Assembly: GCA_965223545.1 (NCBI GenBank)
Contig: OZ245006.1
Span: 704,001 to 768,000 of the forward strand
Length of the DNA: 64,000 nucleotides
Direction: 5' to 3'
Source: Planctomycetota bacterium
Lineage (GTDB): Bacteria; Planctomycetota; UBA1135; UBA2386
Shown here: positions 1 through 12,155 of the stretch, piece after piece
Position numbering within the stretch: position 1 is the stretch's first letter
Layout of the letters: each line of letters begins with the position of its first letter
Translations under genes and position numbers: made by a program
Notes under the pieces: generated by a model
Told to the model about the DNA's origin: nothing
Database searches by the model: none
Seen by the model: the letters and a program-made list of their open reading frames with translations, nothing else

Positions 1-946
1 CTCCCAAACCGTCGATCAGCTGCTCGAACGCGCGAAACACCGCCAAGTAGGCGTCGGGGTGCGGCTCGGCGCGCATCGCCCCCACCGCCGCCTCACCCAC
101 CGTGCGCCACGCCGTCTCGGGCTCCGCCGACGGCAGCGGCGGCAGCACCGCCAGCGACAAGCCGTTGGCGGCGTAGCCCTCGAAGTTGCCGAGCAGCTGC
201 TCGAGCGCGGCGCGCTCGGCATCGATGCGCTCCCGGTCGAACTCCGCCGGCAACTCCTGTCCGCGCAAAAACAGACCGTAGACCCGCCCCAACGCCGGCG
301 CGTGCCGGTAGACCTCGCTGAAACGCACGCTCGACGCGTCGTCGAACATGCCGCGCAGCCCCTTTGACTCGGCAACCTTGTAGCTGCGGCGCGCGAACTC
401 CAGCCCGTGCAGCAGGCTGTAGACCTCGACCACGTTGTGGTAGAGGTCCAGCGTCTGCCCGGTGATCCGATCCAGCGTCTTGCGCTCGGCGCGGCCGTGC
501 CGGTCGAAGATCTTCTGCAGCGCTTCGCGTCCGGCGATCAGCTGCTCGAAGCTGTAGCGATCGCTCTTGCGGCCGGCGATCTCGCTGAGGCCGATCGCCT
601 GCAGCACGTCCGAATCGCGCACCAGGAACACCGGGTAGTGCCGCGCCTGCTCGGGGTAGAACAGGCAGTCCAGCATCCATTCCGTGGGCGCCAGTCGCTC
701 GTCACCGGTTGTCGCCGCCCGAGAATGCCCGTTGATCCGGACCAGGGTCCACTTGGCGTGGGTCGACAGCGGCATGATCCGACCGCCCACCTGCACCGGT
801 AGCACTTCGAACTGAGCGACCGCATCCGCGGACCAAGCCGACGTGCGCGCCGCCGGCGGCACCGTCTGCGCCACCGCCGCAGACACCAGCGAAACGACCC
901 AGAGCGCGGCGAGCAGGACACCGCTGCGAGCAGATCCGGACATCAT
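1..946 (-). CDS. ccsA: Cytochrome c biogenesis protein CcsA/ResC-type, N-terminal part (runs off the window edge)
   Basis: Not in the ORF track; translated by hand from ATG 946 (GGAGG upstream, ATGA overlap with the resB stop): MMSGSARSGVLLAALWVVSLV... LPVQVGGRIMPLST... WMLDCLFYPE. This matches the 'Q..GR..P' N-terminal motif of long CcsA proteins and lies directly downstream of a ResB-like gene. Confidence 0.7.
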   Translation of the reverse strand, partial: MMSGSARSGVLLAALWVVSLVSAAVAQTVPPAARTSAWSADAVAQFEVLPVQVGGRIMPLSTHAKWTLVRINGHSRAATTGDERLAPTEWMLDCLFYPEQARHYPVFLVRDSDVLQAIGLSEIAGRKSDRYSFEQLIAGREALQKIFDRHGRAERKTLDRITGQTLDLYHNVVEVYSLLHGLEFARRSYKVAESKGLRGMFDDASSVRFSEVYRHAPALGRVYGLFLRGQELPAEFDRERIDAERAALEQLLGNFEGYAANGLSLAVLPPLPSAEPETAWRTVGEAAVGAMRAEPHPDAYLAVFRAFEQLIDGLG

Positions 947-2127
947 GTGGTCCTCCGCTGTTCCGACTTGGCGTAGCGTCCGAGCTTGCTGCCGAAGTGC
1001 AGCAGCAGGCCGATCGCGATGATGATGCACGAGTAGAGCGGCCACTGGTCGGAGGGGTTGTAGACCACCGACAGGCCGGAGTAGAGCCGAGTGCCCGGCG
1101 GCGCATTCGACGGGCCGTAGGTGGCCTGGAAGATCGCGTAGTTGCCGTGGCGCAGCGGCTCGTTCATCCGGATGCGCACCGAGCGCACCTCGTCGGCGAG
1201 GCCGTGCGTCACCGTGCTCTCGTAGTTGGACGCCATCCGCGTGCGCGGGTGGAACTCGGCCTCGAAGTCGTCGAGCTGGAGCTCGAATGGCAGCTCGTAG
1301 CGCACGTGGCGCAGCTCGATGCCCCAGTCGGTATCACCGACGCGCACCACCCACGGCGCGGTCGCGGTCGAGGTCGGACCGCCGGGCCAACCCCAGAGAA
1401 CGGCCTCCCGACGGCTGCCGTCGGGCTCGATGACCGCGGCGTAGAGGCCGGCGATGTTGAGCTCCGCTTCGGTACGCGGCGGGAGCTCGTGCAGGTAGAT
1501 CCCATCGACCACCGCCACCGGCACGCGAAACATCGGCCCCTTGCGCCGTGGCTCGCAGTTGCGCTGGAAACCGCCCAGCTCGAGACCGAACGGCAACCCC
1601 TCGCCAGTGAACAGCTCGCGGCGCGGACCGATGAGGTCGGCGAACCGCGCCTGTGGGATCCGGCGTTCTTCCAAGTTGCCGTCGGGCAGCTGGCGGGTGA
1701 TCGCCACTTCCCAGTCGTAGGTGTTGGCGAAGTGCGCGGCGCGCTCGCCGGGGTACAGCGTCGTGTAGCCGTCGTGCGAGTAGGCGAACTTGACCAGCGC
1801 CGCCATCAACATCACCGCGATGCCGATGTGCGTGATCAGGATGCCCAGGGTGCGGCGGCTCTTGCGCATTCGCCATAGACCGCCAACAGCCAAATTGACC
1901 GCCAAGAGCCCCATCACCGGCACGCCGCCCGGCAACGGAATCACCACCGGACCCGCTTGGGCGAGCACGAACCAGGACTCGAAGTACTGCTTCTGCGCCG
2001 AGTAGAGGCCGTGCTCGACCTGGGCCAGGGTCCCCAGCCAAGTCAACACGAACAACAACAGCAAGAGCACGCAGCTCAAGCCGTACGAGGCCAGCAGGGC
2101 CGTGATCGAACGCAGGACGGCAGCCAT
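943..2127 (-). CDS. resB: ResB-like cytochrome c biogenesis protein
   Basis: Three N-terminal TM helices (LGTLAQ, THIG with conserved His), LPFELQLDDF...YES...IRMNEPLRHGNYAIFQ motif, C-terminal TM helix. Confidence 0.8.
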   Translation of the reverse strand: MAAVLRSITALLASYGLSCVLLLLLFVLTWLGTLAQVEHGLYSAQKQYFESWFVLAQAGPVVIPLPGGVPVMGLLAVNLAVGGLWRMRKSRRTLGILITHIGIAVMLMAALVKFAYSHDGYTTLYPGERAAHFANTYDWEVAITRQLPDGNLEERRIPQARFADLIGPRRELFTGEGLPFGLELGGFQRNCEPRRKGPMFRVPVAVVDGIYLHELPPRTEAELNIAGLYAAVIEPDGSRREAVLWGWPGGPTSTATAPWVVRVGDTDWGIELRHVRYELPFELQLDDFEAEFHPRTRMASNYESTVTHGLADEVRSVRIRMNEPLRHGNYAIFQATYGPSNAPPGTRLYSGLSVVYNPSDQWPLYSCIIIAIGLLLHFGSKLGRYAKSEQRRTT

Positions 2128-2138
2128 ATCGGCAACTC

Positions 2139-3191
2139 CTACTGCGGGCTCCGCAGCGATCCACAGAAGGCCAAGAAGCCCTCCCGCTCATCCGCGAGTA
2201 CCGCGGCGGGACCGGTCATCTTGACGCACACCACCCAATCGGGCACCTCGGCGAACACGGCGAGCATCGCGTGCTCCTCGTGCCCCTTGCCGGCCATGTC
2301 GGTGTACGAGCCAGCCAGATCGACGAGGTGTCTCGTCTGACCGAGGAGCTCGATCGTCGGCAGCGCCGCCAGCCCCTCGGCCGGCATCTCGACCCCCATC
2401 TGCTCGTACCAGCGGACCACGTTCTCGTGCTCCGTGCCGCCCGCCGGCCGGCGGAACCGGAACAGCACACACTCGACGCCGAGGTCGCCGTTGGGGTGGA
2501 ACGTCGCCGCCCGCATCTCGGTGCGGCGGCCGGCGGTCCAGTGCTCCGGCGTCTCCCACGTCAGCTCGAGGTCACCACCTCCCGCCGCGTCGGCCGGCAG
2601 ACGCACCGACGCACAGAACGCATCGAACGCATCATCCTGGGGATCGAGGATGGCGCGCGGCCCGACCATCTTCACGGTGACGGCGTTGGCGCCGATCTCG
2701 AGGATCGCACCCACCATCCGGTAGTCCGGCTTGCCCTCACCACCGCCCATACCGGCGTAGCTGCCGTCCAAGGTGACGCGCACCGCCTGCCCGCCCAACA
2801 GCGGGATCCGCGGCAGTGCCTCGACGGCCTCCTCGTCGACCGGCTCGAGCCCCATCTGACCCCGCCAGCGATTGATGTTGTCGAGCGCCAGACCGCCGCG
2901 CACCAGCGACAAGAAGCACTCCGCGTCGGCGTCGCCGCCGACTCGGAAGTTCGCCATGCGCATACTGGTCGCCGGCAGGGGCTGCCAACCCTCGGGAGTG
3001 TCCCACTCCAGGCTGGGCGCGCCCGAGGCCGCGCTGCGCAGACCGAGGCGTTGGTCGGTGTCGATCGGCTGCAGGTCGCGCTGCGAAACCGGGGTGAACA
3101 CCGTCGGGGGATCGATCACTCGCTCGACGTCGCCGCGCACACAGCCACCGAGGAGGAGACACAAGCCGAGGGCGGGAGCGGTACGGGTCAT
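2139..3191 (-). CDS. Lipoprotein with two tandem copies of an uncharacterised domain
   Basis: Start MTRT with lipobox LLGGC. Two repeats of W.TPE.W...MR.A.F...GG...N..RW..QMG...LLG...V.L.GSY..M.G...VKM.GP......FC.S.R. Confidence 0.75.
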   Translation of the reverse strand: MTRTAPALGLCLLLGGCVRGDVERVIDPPTVFTPVSQRDLQPIDTDQRLGLRSAASGAPSLEWDTPEGWQPLPATSMRMANFRVGGDADAECFLSLVRGGLALDNINRWRGQMGLEPVDEEAVEALPRIPLLGGQAVRVTLDGSYAGMGGGEGKPDYRMVGAILEIGANAVTVKMVGPRAILDPQDDAFDAFCASVRLPADAAGGGDLELTWETPEHWTAGRRTEMRAATFHPNGDLGVECVLFRFRRPAGGTEHENVVRWYEQMGVEMPAEGLAALPTIELLGQTRHLVDLAGSYTDMAGKGHEEHAMLAVFAEVPDWVVCVKMTGPAAVLADEREGFLAFCGSLRSPQ

Positions 3192-3342
3192 CTCATGCAG
3201 CCAATTCACGGGCGGGTCGCGGAACTTCACCTTGGACAACAACTCCCGGAACCGCATCCGCGACGGCGCGAGAAGGGCGTCCATCCACGACCACGGGCAG
3301 GCCGCCTCCCCCATACCTCTCGGCTCCCAGCGGGGGCCGCGA

Positions 3343-3573
3343 TCAGGGTTTGGCTTCTTGCTGCTGCGTCGCCGTGTGCGATCGCTCGATCTCGGCGCCC
3401 TGTTTGCCCGCCTCGAGCTTCTCGTTGTCGCCGCTGCGCAGTCCCTTCTTGAACTCGACGATGCCGCTGCCCAGCGAGCGCGCCATCGAGGGAATGCGGT
3501 GCCCGAACACCAGCAGCACGACGACCAGAATGATCACCCACTCGAAGCCGCTCGGGAAAACGAAAGCCGTCAT
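3343..3573 (-). CDS. tatA: Twin-arginine translocase subunit TatA/E
   Basis: EWVIILVVVLLVFG..IP.MARSLG.GI.EFKKG motif; GGAG upstream. Confidence 0.92.
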   Translation of the reverse strand: MTAFVFPSGFEWVIILVVVLLVFGHRIPSMARSLGSGIVEFKKGLRSGDNEKLEAGKQGAEIERSHTATQQQEAKP

Positions 3574-3659
3574 CTGTTTAGTTCCGCTCCACCACAATTA
3601 TTGGCCACGGCGGGGCGCGGCGCCACCCCGTGACCGGGATTCGGCCGATTCCCGGGGGG

Positions 3660-4133
3660 TCAGTCCGGCGGGGCGGCCTCCGCCCTCGACCGCCACCAAC
3701 GGCGCCATGCCACCGGATCGTCGCCGAGGTCCTCCCCGGTCAGGCGTTTAAGGTGCTGCACACAGGACCGCCGAACTTCGACATCGGCGCTGGCCAGGGC
3801 ACCGATCAGGATGGGCACCGCCGGATCCACGCCCGCCGGGGGCTTGCCTCCGGCCGCTCCGCTGGGAAGCCCCCCGGGTCCCGCCGCCGCTCCCCCGCGA
3901 TGGAACTCGCGGAACGCGCCGAGAACCTGTTTGAACGCGCCCTCCATCCGCTGGCGCTCGATCACCAGCAGCAGCACGTAGAGGCAGAGGAGGCCGATGA
4001 CGAACCGCGGCACCGCGTCGTCACCGAATCTGGCGGCGAAGCCGCCGGCGCCGGGGATCCAGCGCTCGAACCACACCAGCGCGGCGAGGGCCAACAGCGC
4101 GAACGGCGTCGCGCGACGGAGAAAGCGATCCAC
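3660..4133 (-). CDS. Hypothetical membrane protein with C-terminal HEAT-like motif
   Basis: Two TM segments, then [14 protein letters not shown]...L..LTG.DLG.D...W..WW; follows sucD. Confidence 0.65.
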   Translation of the reverse strand: MDRFLRRATPFALLALAALVWFERWIPGAGGFAARFGDDAVPRFVIGLLCLYVLLLVIERQRMEGAFKQVLGAFREFHRGGAAAGPGGLPSGAAGGKPPAGVDPAVPILIGALASADVEVRRSCVQHLKRLTGEDLGDDPVAWRRWWRSRAEAAPPD

Positions 4134-4138
4134 GGCGG

Positions 4139-5020
4139 TTACGCCAACACGTCGCGCATCGTCGCACCGAGCACGCTCGGCGTGTCGACGACGTGGACTT
4201 CGGCGCGCCGCAGCGCTGCCTGCTTGTCCGCCGCGGTGCCCTTGCCGCCGGAGATGATCGCGCCGGCGTGGCCCATGCGCTTGCCGGGGGGCGCGGTCGC
4301 GCCGGCGATGAACGACACCACCGGCTTGTCCACTTCGCTCTGGATGAACTCGGCGGCCTCTTCCTCGGCGGTGCCGCCGATCTCACCGATCATGATGATG
4401 CCCTCGGTCTGCGGGTCGGCCTCGAACATCTGCAGACAGTCGATGAAGTCGGTGCCGTTGATCGGATCGCCGCCGATGCCGACGCAGGTCGACTGCCCCA
4501 GCTCGACGCAGGTCAGCTGCCACACCGCCTCGTAGGTCAGCGTGCCGCTGCGGGAGACGACGCCGACGCGGCCCGGCCGGTGGATGTAGGCCGGCATGAT
4601 GCCGATCTTGCAGCCGCTGTCGGCCGTCGCCGGCGTGATGATGCCCGGGCAGTTGGGGCCGATCAGCCGCGCGCCGCTCTCCGCCAGGTAGCGCTTGACC
4701 CACGCCATGTCGAGCACCGGAATGCCCTCGGTGATGGCGACGATCAGCTTGATGCCCGCGTCGGCGGCCTCGCAGATGGCGTCGGCGCAGAACGCCGCCG
4801 GCACGTAGATCACCGACGCGGTGGCGCCGGTGGCCTCCACCGCCGCCGACACCGAGTCGAACACCGGGATGCCGTCGACCTCTTGGCCGCCCTTGCCCGG
4901 CGTGACCCCGCCGACCATCGCGGTGCCGTAGGCGACCGCGTTGAGAGAGTGGAACCGACCGGCATCGCCGGTGATGCCCTGACAAATGACCTTGGTGTCG
5001 GCGTCGATCAGGATACTCAC
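4139..5020 (-). CDS. sucD: Succinyl-CoA synthetase alpha subunit
   Basis: [36 protein letters not shown] motifs. Confidence 0.98.
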   Translation of the reverse strand: MSILIDADTKVICQGITGDAGRFHSLNAVAYGTAMVGGVTPGKGGQEVDGIPVFDSVSAAVEATGATASVIYVPAAFCADAICEAADAGIKLIVAITEGIPVLDMAWVKRYLAESGARLIGPNCPGIITPATADSGCKIGIMPAYIHRPGRVGVVSRSGTLTYEAVWQLTCVELGQSTCVGIGGDPINGTDFIDCLQMFEADPQTEGIIMIGEIGGTAEEEAAEFIQSEVDKPVVSFIAGATAPPGKRMGHAGAIISGGKGTAADKQAALRRAEVHVVDTPSVLGATMRDVLA

Positions 5021-5030
5021 GAATCTGCTC

Positions 5031-6191
<1,161 letters not shown>

Positions 6192-6354
6192 GGCGGCGGG
6201 CAAGGTAGCAGCCGACAGGGCGAATACAATGCCGGGGGTCCGCGCCGCCCCTCGGGCAGCGGGCCTTTGGCCCCAGGGCGGCCCCGCACGGGATTTTGCG
6301 CGGCGCGCGGACGCGGTGGTGCGGCCGGTGCGGTGCTGTGGTTTGCTGTGCGGC

Positions 6355-7476
6355 ATGCAAGGCGACGGCATCCTCGTGTACCAGCAGATCCGCGCGCTGA
6401 TCGAGCGCGGCGCGCTGCGCAGCAACCCCGACATCGCCCCCGCTCAGGTGCAGCCGGCCAGCCTGGACCTGCGGCTGGCGACGCGCGGCTATCGCGTGCG
6501 CGCCGGCTTCCTGCCGCAGAACGCGCTGGTCGCCGACCGCCTGGAAGAGACCACGCTCTACACCTTCGACCTCACCGACGGCGCCGTCCTCGAGCGCGGC
6601 CACTGCTACGTGCTGCCGCTGCTGGAGCACATCGCCGAGCCGCTGCCGTATCACCTGCGCGCCAACCCGAAGTCGTCGACCGGCCGCGTCGATCTGTTCA
6701 CCCGGTTGTTGGCCGACCGCAACGGACGGTTCGAGGAGGTCCAACCCGGCTACCAGGGCCCGCTGTATCTGGAGGTGGTGCCGCGCTCGTTCCCGGTGCG
6801 GGTGCGGACCGGGCTGAGCCTGTGCCAGGTGCGCTTCTGCTCCGGCCGCTCGCACTTGAGCGACGAGGAGCTCGCCGCCGAGTACGAGCGCAGCCCGCTG
6901 CTGCTGCGCGACGATGGCACGCCGATCCCGCTGAGCGAGGCGCAGATCGACGGTGGTTTGTGCATGAGCGTGGCGATGCGGCGCGACGCCGATCTGGACG
7001 GCCCGATCGGCTTCGTCGCCCGCCGCTACACCCCGGTCATCGACATGAGCGAGGTCGAGGCCTACGACCCGGACCTGTTCTTCGAGCCGATCCACGAGGC
7101 ACGCAACGGCCACACGATCGTCGAGCCGGAGGAGTTCTACATCTTCGCCAGCAAGGAGCGCGTCGCGGTGCCCGCCCACCTGGCTGCGGAGATGAACTGC
7201 TACGACGTCGGCATCGGCGAGCTACGCACCAACTACGCCGGCTTCTTCGACAACGGCTTCGGCGGCCGCAACGGCACCCGCGCGGTGCTCGAGGTGCGCC
7301 CGCACGACGTGCCGTTCATGGTCGAGGACGGTCAGGTCTTCTTCAAGTTGCAGTTCTTCCGCGCCCTGGAGCAGCCCGAGGTCGTCTACGGCGACCAGCG
7401 TCTGCAGAGCCACTACCAGGGTCAGGGCCTCAAGCTGTCCAAGCACTTCCGCACCGTGCACCGAGAGCAGCCGTGA
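6355..7476 (+). CDS. dcd: 2'-deoxycytidine 5'-triphosphate deaminase (long DCD type)
   Basis: [48 protein letters not shown]. Confidence 0.9.
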   Translation: MQGDGILVYQQIRALIERGALRSNPDIAPAQVQPASLDLRLATRGYRVRAGFLPQNALVADRLEETTLYTFDLTDGAVLERGHCYVLPLLEHIAEPLPYHLRANPKSSTGRVDLFTRLLADRNGRFEEVQPGYQGPLYLEVVPRSFPVRVRTGLSLCQVRFCSGRSHLSDEELAAEYERSPLLLRDDGTPIPLSEAQIDGGLCMSVAMRRDADLDGPIGFVARRYTPVIDMSEVEAYDPDLFFEPIHEARNGHTIVEPEEFYIFASKERVAVPAHLAAEMNCYDVGIGELRTNYAGFFDNGFGGRNGTRAVLEVRPHDVPFMVEDGQVFFKLQFFRALEQPEVVYGDQRLQSHYQGQGLKLSKHFRTVHREQP

Positions 7477-7742
7477 GCACCGATCCGGCTGCCCGCGCGG
7501 CCTACTGGCGGGCCAACCTGCGCTGCGTCGCCATCCTCTTGTTGGTGTGGGCGCTGGTCAGCTACGGCTGCGGGATCGTCTTCGTCGAGCAGCTCAACGC
7601 GTTCCGCATCCCGGGCACCGGCTTCAAGCTGGGCTTCTGGTTCGCGCAGCAGGGCGCGATCTACGTGTTCGTCGGCGAGATCTTCGTCTACGCGTGGTGG
7701 ATGAACCGCCTCGACCGCCGGTTCGGCGTCGCCGAGGACTGA
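7473..7742 (+). CDS. DUF4212-type small membrane subunit of solute:sodium symporter
   Basis: GTG start overlapping the dcd stop; AYWRAN..., GFKLGFWFAQQGAI, MNRLDRRF; precedes an SSS gene. Confidence 0.88.
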   Translation: MSTDPAARAAYWRANLRCVAILLLVWALVSYGCGIVFVEQLNAFRIPGTGFKLGFWFAQQGAIYVFVGEIFVYAWWMNRLDRRFGVAED

Positions 7743-7761
7743 AGGCCAAAGGACTGCTGTC

Positions 7762-9444
7762 TTGAGCACCCACGATTGGACCTTGCTCATCGTCGGCGCC
7801 ACGTTCGCCCTCTACGTCGGCGTCGCGCTCTGGGCCCGCGTCGCCTCCACCAAGGAGTTCTACGTCGCCGGCACCGGTGTGCCGCCGCTGGCCAACGGCA
7901 TGGCGACGGCCGCCGATTGGATGTCGGCGGCGTCGTTCTTGTCGATGGCCGGCTTGATCTCGTTCGCCGGCTACGACGGCTCGGTCTACCTGATGGGCTG
8001 GACGGGCGGCTACGTCCTCCTCGCCCTGTTGCTGGCGCCCTACCTGCGCAAGTTCGGCCGCTTCACCGTGCCCGAGTTCGTCGGCGACCGCTACGACTCC
8101 AGCGTCGCGCGCGTCGTCGCCGTGGTCTGCGCGATCTTCGTGTCGTTCACCTACGTCGCCGGCCAGATGCGCGGCGTCGGCATCGTCTTCAGCCGCTTCC
8201 TCGAGGTCGAGATCGACGTCGGCGTGATGATCGGCATGGCGATCGTCTTCCTCTACGCGGTGTTGGGCGGCATGAAGGGAATCACCTACACCCAGGTGGC
8301 CCAGTACTGCGTGCTGATCGCCGCCTACATGGTGCCGGCGATCTTCATCTCGATCATGATCGCCGACACGCCGATCCCGCAGCTCGGTTTCGGCGCCGCG
8401 GATCCGGCGACCGGAACCTGGCTGCTCGACAAGCTCGACGGCCTGCACGCCCAGCTCGGCTTCGCCTCCTACACCGACGGCAGCAAGTCGACCCTCGACG
8501 TGCTCTGCATCACCGCGGCGCTGATGATCGGCACCGCCGGCCTGCCGCACGTGATCGTGCGCTTCTACACCGTCCCCAAGGTGCGCGACGCGCGCACCTC
8601 GGCGGGCTGGGCGCTGCTGTTCATCGCGATCCTCTACACGACCGCGCCGGCAGTGGCGGTGTTCGCCCGGATCAATCTGATCGAGAGCGTCTCCGAGCAA
8701 CCCTACGCCGAGGCGCCGGCCTGGTTCTCGACCTGGGAGGAGACCGGGCTGATCGCGTTCGAAGACCACAACGACGACGGCGTGATCCAATACACCGGAC
8801 CCGCGGCCATCGACGCGGCTGGCCAGCCACTGGCCAACGAGCTCACGTTCGACAAGGACATCATGGTGCTCGCCAACCCCGAGATCGCAGCATTGCCGAC
8901 TTGGGTGATCGGCCTGGTCGCCGCCGGCGCACTCGCCGCCGCCCTGTCGACCGCCGCCGGCCTGCTGCTCGTGGTGTCGAGCGCGATCTCGCACGACCTG
9001 CTCAAGCGCACCCTCCGCCCACAGATCTCCGAACGCAACGAGCTGCGCGCCGCGCGCATCGCGGCCGCGGTCGCGGTGGTCATCGCCGGCTACCTCGGCA
9101 TCAACCCACCGGGCTACGTCGCGGAGGTCGTCGCCTTGGCCTTCGGTTTGGCGGCGTCGACCTTCTTCCCGGTGCTGGTGCTGGGCATCTTCACGGTGCG
9201 CCAAAACTGCTACGGAGCCATCGCCGGCATGCTCACCGGTTTGTTGTTCACCGGCGGCTACATCGTCTACTTCCGCTTCCTGGCGCCCGAGTCCAACGCA
9301 TGGTGGCTCGGCATCTCGCCCGAGGGCATCGGCGCTTTGGGCATGCTGGTGAATGGGGTGGTGTGTCTGGTGGTGTCGGCAGCGACGCCCGCGCCGCCGG
9401 CGCGTGTGCGGGCGTTGGTCGAGGACTTGCGCACGCCGCTGTAG
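7762..9444 (+). CDS. Sodium:solute symporter, ActP-like (cation/acetate)
   Basis: FYVAG..V..LANGMATAADWMSAASF, GTAGLPHVIVRF, AAALSTAAGLL; multi-TM. Confidence 0.92.
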   Translation: MSTHDWTLLIVGATFALYVGVALWARVASTKEFYVAGTGVPPLANGMATAADWMSAASFLSMAGLISFAGYDGSVYLMGWTGGYVLLALLLAPYLRKFGRFTVPEFVGDRYDSSVARVVAVVCAIFVSFTYVAGQMRGVGIVFSRFLEVEIDVGVMIGMAIVFLYAVLGGMKGITYTQVAQYCVLIAAYMVPAIFISIMIADTPIPQLGFGAADPATGTWLLDKLDGLHAQLGFASYTDGSKSTLDVLCITAALMIGTAGLPHVIVRFYTVPKVRDARTSAGWALLFIAILYTTAPAVAVFARINLIESVSEQPYAEAPAWFSTWEETGLIAFEDHNDDGVIQYTGPAAIDAAGQPLANELTFDKDIMVLANPEIAALPTWVIGLVAAGALAAALSTAAGLLLVVSSAISHDLLKRTLRPQISERNELRAARIAAAVAVVIAGYLGINPPGYVAEVVALAFGLAASTFFPVLVLGIFTVRQNCYGAIAGMLTGLLFTGGYIVYFRFLAPESNAWWLGISPEGIGALGMLVNGVVCLVVSAATPAPPARVRALVEDLRTPL

Positions 9445-9549
9445 AGACCGTCTTCCAGCAGTCAGTGCCGGCGTCGCCGATCGCCGACTCGGTGACCCCC
9501 AACTCGACGCGCGCTATCATGCACCCACCCAAGCTGCTTGCCTCGCGTC

Positions 9550-12090
9550 ATGACTACCGAACGCACGTCGCTCGCCCTGATCGTTCTGACCCTTGCCTTG
9601 CTGCAGACGACTCGAGAAGACGCGCCAATCCCCGTGCAGGCGCGGCACGAAGCCACAACGGCACCAGCGCTCTCTCGCCTGTTCGAGACATTCGTGGAGA
9701 ATCAGGGGCAATGGCCACACCCATCGAGATTCGTGACTCGATGCGGCCCAACGGACGTCCATCTTGATCCCTCGGGCTTGACGTTCTTTTGGCGTGGTCG
9801 CCACGACACACCGGTGTGCGAGCTCAAAATCGAAGGTTTGTCAGAGGAGCTGCGCATCGTCGGGCGTGAACGCACCCGCGAATCCCACAGCTTCTTTCGG
9901 GGCAACGATCCGAACCATTGGCGAAGTGACGTCGGCTCTTATCGGCAAGTCGTCTATGAGGATCCTGTTTCCGGCATCGGCGTCAGAGTGCGCCGTTGCC
10001 AAGCCGGCAACTTGGAGTACGACCTCGAACTGGGCCCCAACACCAGCTTGAGTTCCGTTGTCCTCCAATGGAAAGCTGCCGGTCGCATGCAGCTGGGCTC
10101 CGATGGAGCGCTGGAGATCGAAACCAGCGTGGGACGGCTCCGGCAGCGGATACCCGCGGCTTGGCGAGTCGGCCAGGACGGAGCCCACGAACTGGTGCGG
10201 TGCGAGTTCCGCCTTATCGACGATCAACGCTTTGGGTTCGCGGTGCACGACCTGGCTTCTGGAGAGCACCTGGTCATCGATCCGGTACTGGAGTGGTCAA
10301 CCTTCTTGGGAGGCGCCGGCGCGGACGCAGTTGTCAACATCGTACCGCACAGCGACGGCAGTGTGGTGCTGTTGGGGGCTACTGGCTCGACCAACTTGCC
10401 GGTGGCCCAAGGCGCGTTCGCACCCACCTTCTCCGGGCCGCTGTCAGCCGGCCCTTTCGGCGATATGTTCGTCGCACGACTCTCTCAAGATGGTCAGAGC
10501 CTGGACCAGTGTACGTACTTGGGAGGAAGCGGCATGGAGGTGCCGCAGATGATCCGTCTCACGAGCAGTGGGGACGCGGTCATATCGGGAAGCACCGCTT
10601 CTCCTGACTTCCCTACGACTCCTGCTGCTTTCGACCGGACGTACGGGGGCGGCCGCCGTGATGGATTCCTGGCCAAGCTCTCGGCGGACGGGCGACAGCT
10701 CATGTTCGGAACGTTCCTGGGAGGTCGCGGACAGGACGATCTCGGAGAACTGACACTGGATGGGTCTGGTGCGCTGATCGTCCCCGGGGCAACGGACTCA
10801 CCGGATTTTCCGGTCACGCCGAACGCCTTCTCGATGAGCGGCAGCGGCCAGCTCGACGGCACGCTCGCGGTACTTTCGCCGGACGCAAGTACCCTCTTGT
10901 ACAGCACGCTCATCGGGGGCAGTGGCATTGACGGCGTCGCGTGGTCCTCGATGACGAACAACGGAGACCTCGTGTTTGCCGGGAGCACATACTCGGCGGA
11001 CTTCCCGGTGACCGCAGGAGCTTTCGATCGCTCCCACAACGGCGAATCCGACGTGTTCGTGGGACTGCTCGATCCACGAACCAGCGCACTGATCTACTCC
11101 ACTTTTGTCGGGGGAGAGCTTACAGAGCGCTTGACTGGAATCGCACTCGACACCAGAGATGCGGTGACCATTGGTGGAGAAACCCATTCACTGCGCTTCC
11201 CGGTGACGACCGGTGCGTTCGACAGTAGTCCGAACGGCAACCTGGACTCGTTCGTCGCGCGTGTTGCCCCTGATGGTTCTCGCCTGGAGTTCTCGACATA
11301 TCTCGGCGGCGGCGGGCACGACCACGTGACAGCGATTGCTTTGGATGGCCGCGGAACCGTAACCATCGTCGGGGGCACGAGCTCACCAAACTTCCCTGTG
11401 ACGGCCGGCTGCTACGATCCGACCTACAACAGCCCCGTGCCACCCTACCTACCCGACGCGTTCGTGGCACGAATGGCTCCGGCCGGGACGGAGCTGTACT
11501 ACGCGACGTTCTTCGGCGCACGAAACAACGACTTCGCCTACTGCGTGTCGCACACCCCCGAAGGCAGTGTCGTTGTCAGTGGAGAGAGCGCATCTCCGGC
11601 ATTCCCCATAACTCCCGGCGTCCTGATGCCCGTGCCAGCCGGTGGATTCGACGGGTTCATTGCCGAGCTGGATCTGCTGCCAACCGGCGTGCGACGCGTA
11701 GGGGACGGTTCCGCCTACTGCGGCGGCACCCCCACCGCGGGGGTCACCGCCATGCCCTACGTTGGCAACCGAAACTTTCGCCTGACTTGCGACGACGCCC
11801 CAACGTTGGGCGTGGGGGAGATCCTGTTCGCTGGCGCGTCGCTTGCGACGCCCTTCTCGGTGGCCGCGGCAGCGATCTGGCTTGACCTGAACGGTCCGTG
11901 GTGGTTCGGGGTCCCAGTGCGCGCAGATAGTGTCGGCGGCATCGAGTTCGCCGTGCCGATTCCCTCCCGGCCGAGCCTCGCGGGCTTTGCGTTCCATGCG
12001 CAGTTCTTGTGGTACGTTCCGGGCTCGGGCAGCTGTCCGACCAACGGTCTGTCGGCATCAAGTGCGCTCGAGATCGTGGTGCAACCGTGA
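9550..12090 (+). CDS. Secreted SBBP-repeat beta-propeller protein
   Basis: Signal peptide; FVENQGQW...LVIDP N-terminal domain; repeated (Y/F)ST(Y/F)LGG...G.T.S.DFP.T.GAFD units; C-terminal ~130-aa domain. Confidence 0.85.
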   Translation: MTTERTSLALIVLTLALLQTTREDAPIPVQARHEATTAPALSRLFETFVENQGQWPHPSRFVTRCGPTDVHLDPSGLTFFWRGRHDTPVCELKIEGLSEELRIVGRERTRESHSFFRGNDPNHWRSDVGSYRQVVYEDPVSGIGVRVRRCQAGNLEYDLELGPNTSLSSVVLQWKAAGRMQLGSDGALEIETSVGRLRQRIPAAWRVGQDGAHELVRCEFRLIDDQRFGFAVHDLASGEHLVIDPVLEWSTFLGGAGADAVVNIVPHSDGSVVLLGATGSTNLPVAQGAFAPTFSGPLSAGPFGDMFVARLSQDGQSLDQCTYLGGSGMEVPQMIRLTSSGDAVISGSTASPDFPTTPAAFDRTYGGGRRDGFLAKLSADGRQLMFGTFLGGRGQDDLGELTLDGSGALIVPGATDSPDFPVTPNAFSMSGSGQLDGTLAVLSPDASTLLYSTLIGGSGIDGVAWSSMTNNGDLVFAGSTYSADFPVTAGAFDRSHNGESDVFVGLLDPRTSALIYSTFVGGELTERLTGIALDTRDAVTIGGETHSLRFPVTTGAFDSSPNGNLDSFVARVAPDGSRLEFSTYLGGGGHDHVTAIALDGRGTVTIVGGTSSPNFPVTAGCYDPTYNSPVPPYLPDAFVARMAPAGTELYYATFFGARNNDFAYCVSHTPEGSVVVSGESASPAFPITPGVLMPVPAGGFDGFIAELDLLPTGVRRVGDGSAYCGGTPTAGVTAMPYVGNRNFRLTCDDAPTLGVGEILFAGASLATPFSVAAAAIWLDLNGPWWFGVPVRADSVGGIEFAVPIPSRPSLAGFAFHAQFLWYVPGSGSCPTNGLSASSALEIVVQP

Positions 12091-12155
12091 TCCGACGTCC
12101 ATGGCGTCGAGTACGCGCAGGAGATGAACTGCTTCGGGGTTCGAGTTCGTGCTCG

